A stretch of DNA of 64,000 nucleotides from Octopus sinensis. Lineage: Eukaryota. This document shows, piece by piece, positions 62,780 to 64,000 of the stretch (position 1 is the first letter of the stretch; each line of letters begins with the position of its first letter). The translations under genes and the position numbers were made by a program. Location of the stretch: contig NC_043014.1 of NCBI RefSeq assembly GCF_006345805.1, forward strand, positions 47,368,001-47,432,000, given 5' to 3'. Below the pieces are notes generated by a model. It was not told where the DNA came from. It worked only from the letters and a program-made list of their open reading frames with translations, and made no database searches.

Positions 62780-64000
62780 TAATTAGTAATGATAGTAGAG
62801 ATAATAGTAACCAATCATTTCCTCATGCAACTCCAAATCTTTAAGTTTTTATTATTATTATTATTATTATTATTTCCATCTTTACCACCTTCACATCACC
62901 TCCACAATAACAATTACCTCTACTACCACTATCTTCACCTCCATCAACCACCACCACCACCACCACCTTCATCATCACTACTATCATCTCTATAACCACC
63001 ACTACCACCACCACCACTACAAACAACCACCCCTAATGATAACCATCACCACAACCACCAACACCACCACAACAGCCACTGCCACAGCCCATACCTGCCA
63101 ACAGAACGAAACATCACTCTACGAAAAGTTTTGCTTTGAGCCAAACAAGAAGATGCAGTGATTATGAAACAGTGAAAAAGTTGGCAGAATGTTTGAGTTG
63201 GAGATAGTGAGATTATTTAGGGCAGGGCTGCAAGGGGTAACTATTTTGACTGAAATACCTGATTTAAGGCCAGGACAGGTATATGTGGGAGAAGGTGATG
63301 CGAGTGAAGAAGTTGAGATTCGGCGGGGGTGGGGTACAGTTGTTTACGAGGAATCTAAGATTAAATAATGCCTGAATCTTGGCAATAGTAATGTGGTGGT
63401 GGTGGTGGCAGTTGTGGTAGAAGTGGTGATGATGATAGGAGCAGTGGAGGCAGTGGTGGTGATGGTGGGAGTGGTAGTGGTGATGGTGGCAGCAGTTGTG
63501 GTAGAGGTGGCAATGCCGGTGGTGGCAGCTGAGGTAGAAGTGGTGATGATGGTAGGGGCAGTGGTGGTTGTGGTGGTGGTGGTAGTGGTGGTGGTGGTGG
63601 TGGTGGTGGTGGTGGTGGCAGTGGTAGTGGTGATGGTGGCAGCAGTTGTGGTAGAGGTGGCAATGCCAGTGGTGGCAGTTGAGGTAGAAGTGGTGATGAT
63701 GGTAGGGGCAGTGGTGGTGGTGGCAGTGGTGGTGATAGTGGTGGTGATGGCAGTGGTAGTGGTGACGGTGGCAGCAGTTGTGGTAGAAGTGGCAATGCCA
63801 GTGGTGGCAGTTGAGGTAGAAGTGGTGATGATGGTAGGGGCAGTGGTGGTGGGGGTGGCAGTGGTAGTGGTAGTGGTGATGGTGGCAGCAGTTGTGGTAG
63901 GGGTGGCAATGCCGGTGGTGGTGGCAGTTGAGGTAGAAGTGGTTTTGGTGGTAGTGGCGGCAGTGGTGGTGATGATGGCGGTGGTAGTGGTGGTCGTGCA
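62780..64000. repeat. (CAC)n array then GGT/GCA-rich ~120-bp higher-order repeat
   Basis: CAC-rich 62880-63090; unit GGTGGCAGCAGTTGTGGTAGA..GGCAATGCC..GTTGAGGTAGAAGTGGTGATGATGGTAGGGGCAG from 63385 to the end. Confidence 0.85.

Noticed and set aside
63361-63909. 182-aa Pro/Leu-rich extensin-like ORF
   Set aside because: Translation of a GGT/GCA-rich tandem repeat with no unique sequence.

Overview
AT-rich eukaryotic DNA saturated with microsatellites and retroelements. The (TA)n/(CA)n/(ATT)n/(CAC)n density and the tRNA-derived SINE families strongly resemble octopus (coleoid cephalopod) DNA; this is an inference, not a database match. No long protein-coding gene is evident, and nearly all listed ORFs are translations of microsatellites, minisatellites or SINEs. 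The window holds about 50 copies of at least five SINE-like families, CR1/L2 and RTE LINE remnants, a solo LTR, hAT/piggyBac/Tigger/mariner/Helentron-like elements and several minisatellites. A few short low-confidence candidate exons suggest it may lie in large introns. The most interesting signal is cryptic catalytic-RNA-like motifs. Three distinct minimal type I hammerhead-ribozyme-like motifs with palindromic stem III (the dimer-type motif associated with Penelope-like elements) occur at 54381 (U3-A8 variant), 37072 (inside an inverted repeat) and in five copies of a ~200-bp TA-microsatellite-associated element. A partial HDV-like fold also sits in an RTE-5'UTR-like insert at 22.2 kb. All structures were folded by eye and all coordinates are manual, so repeat edges may be off by some bases.
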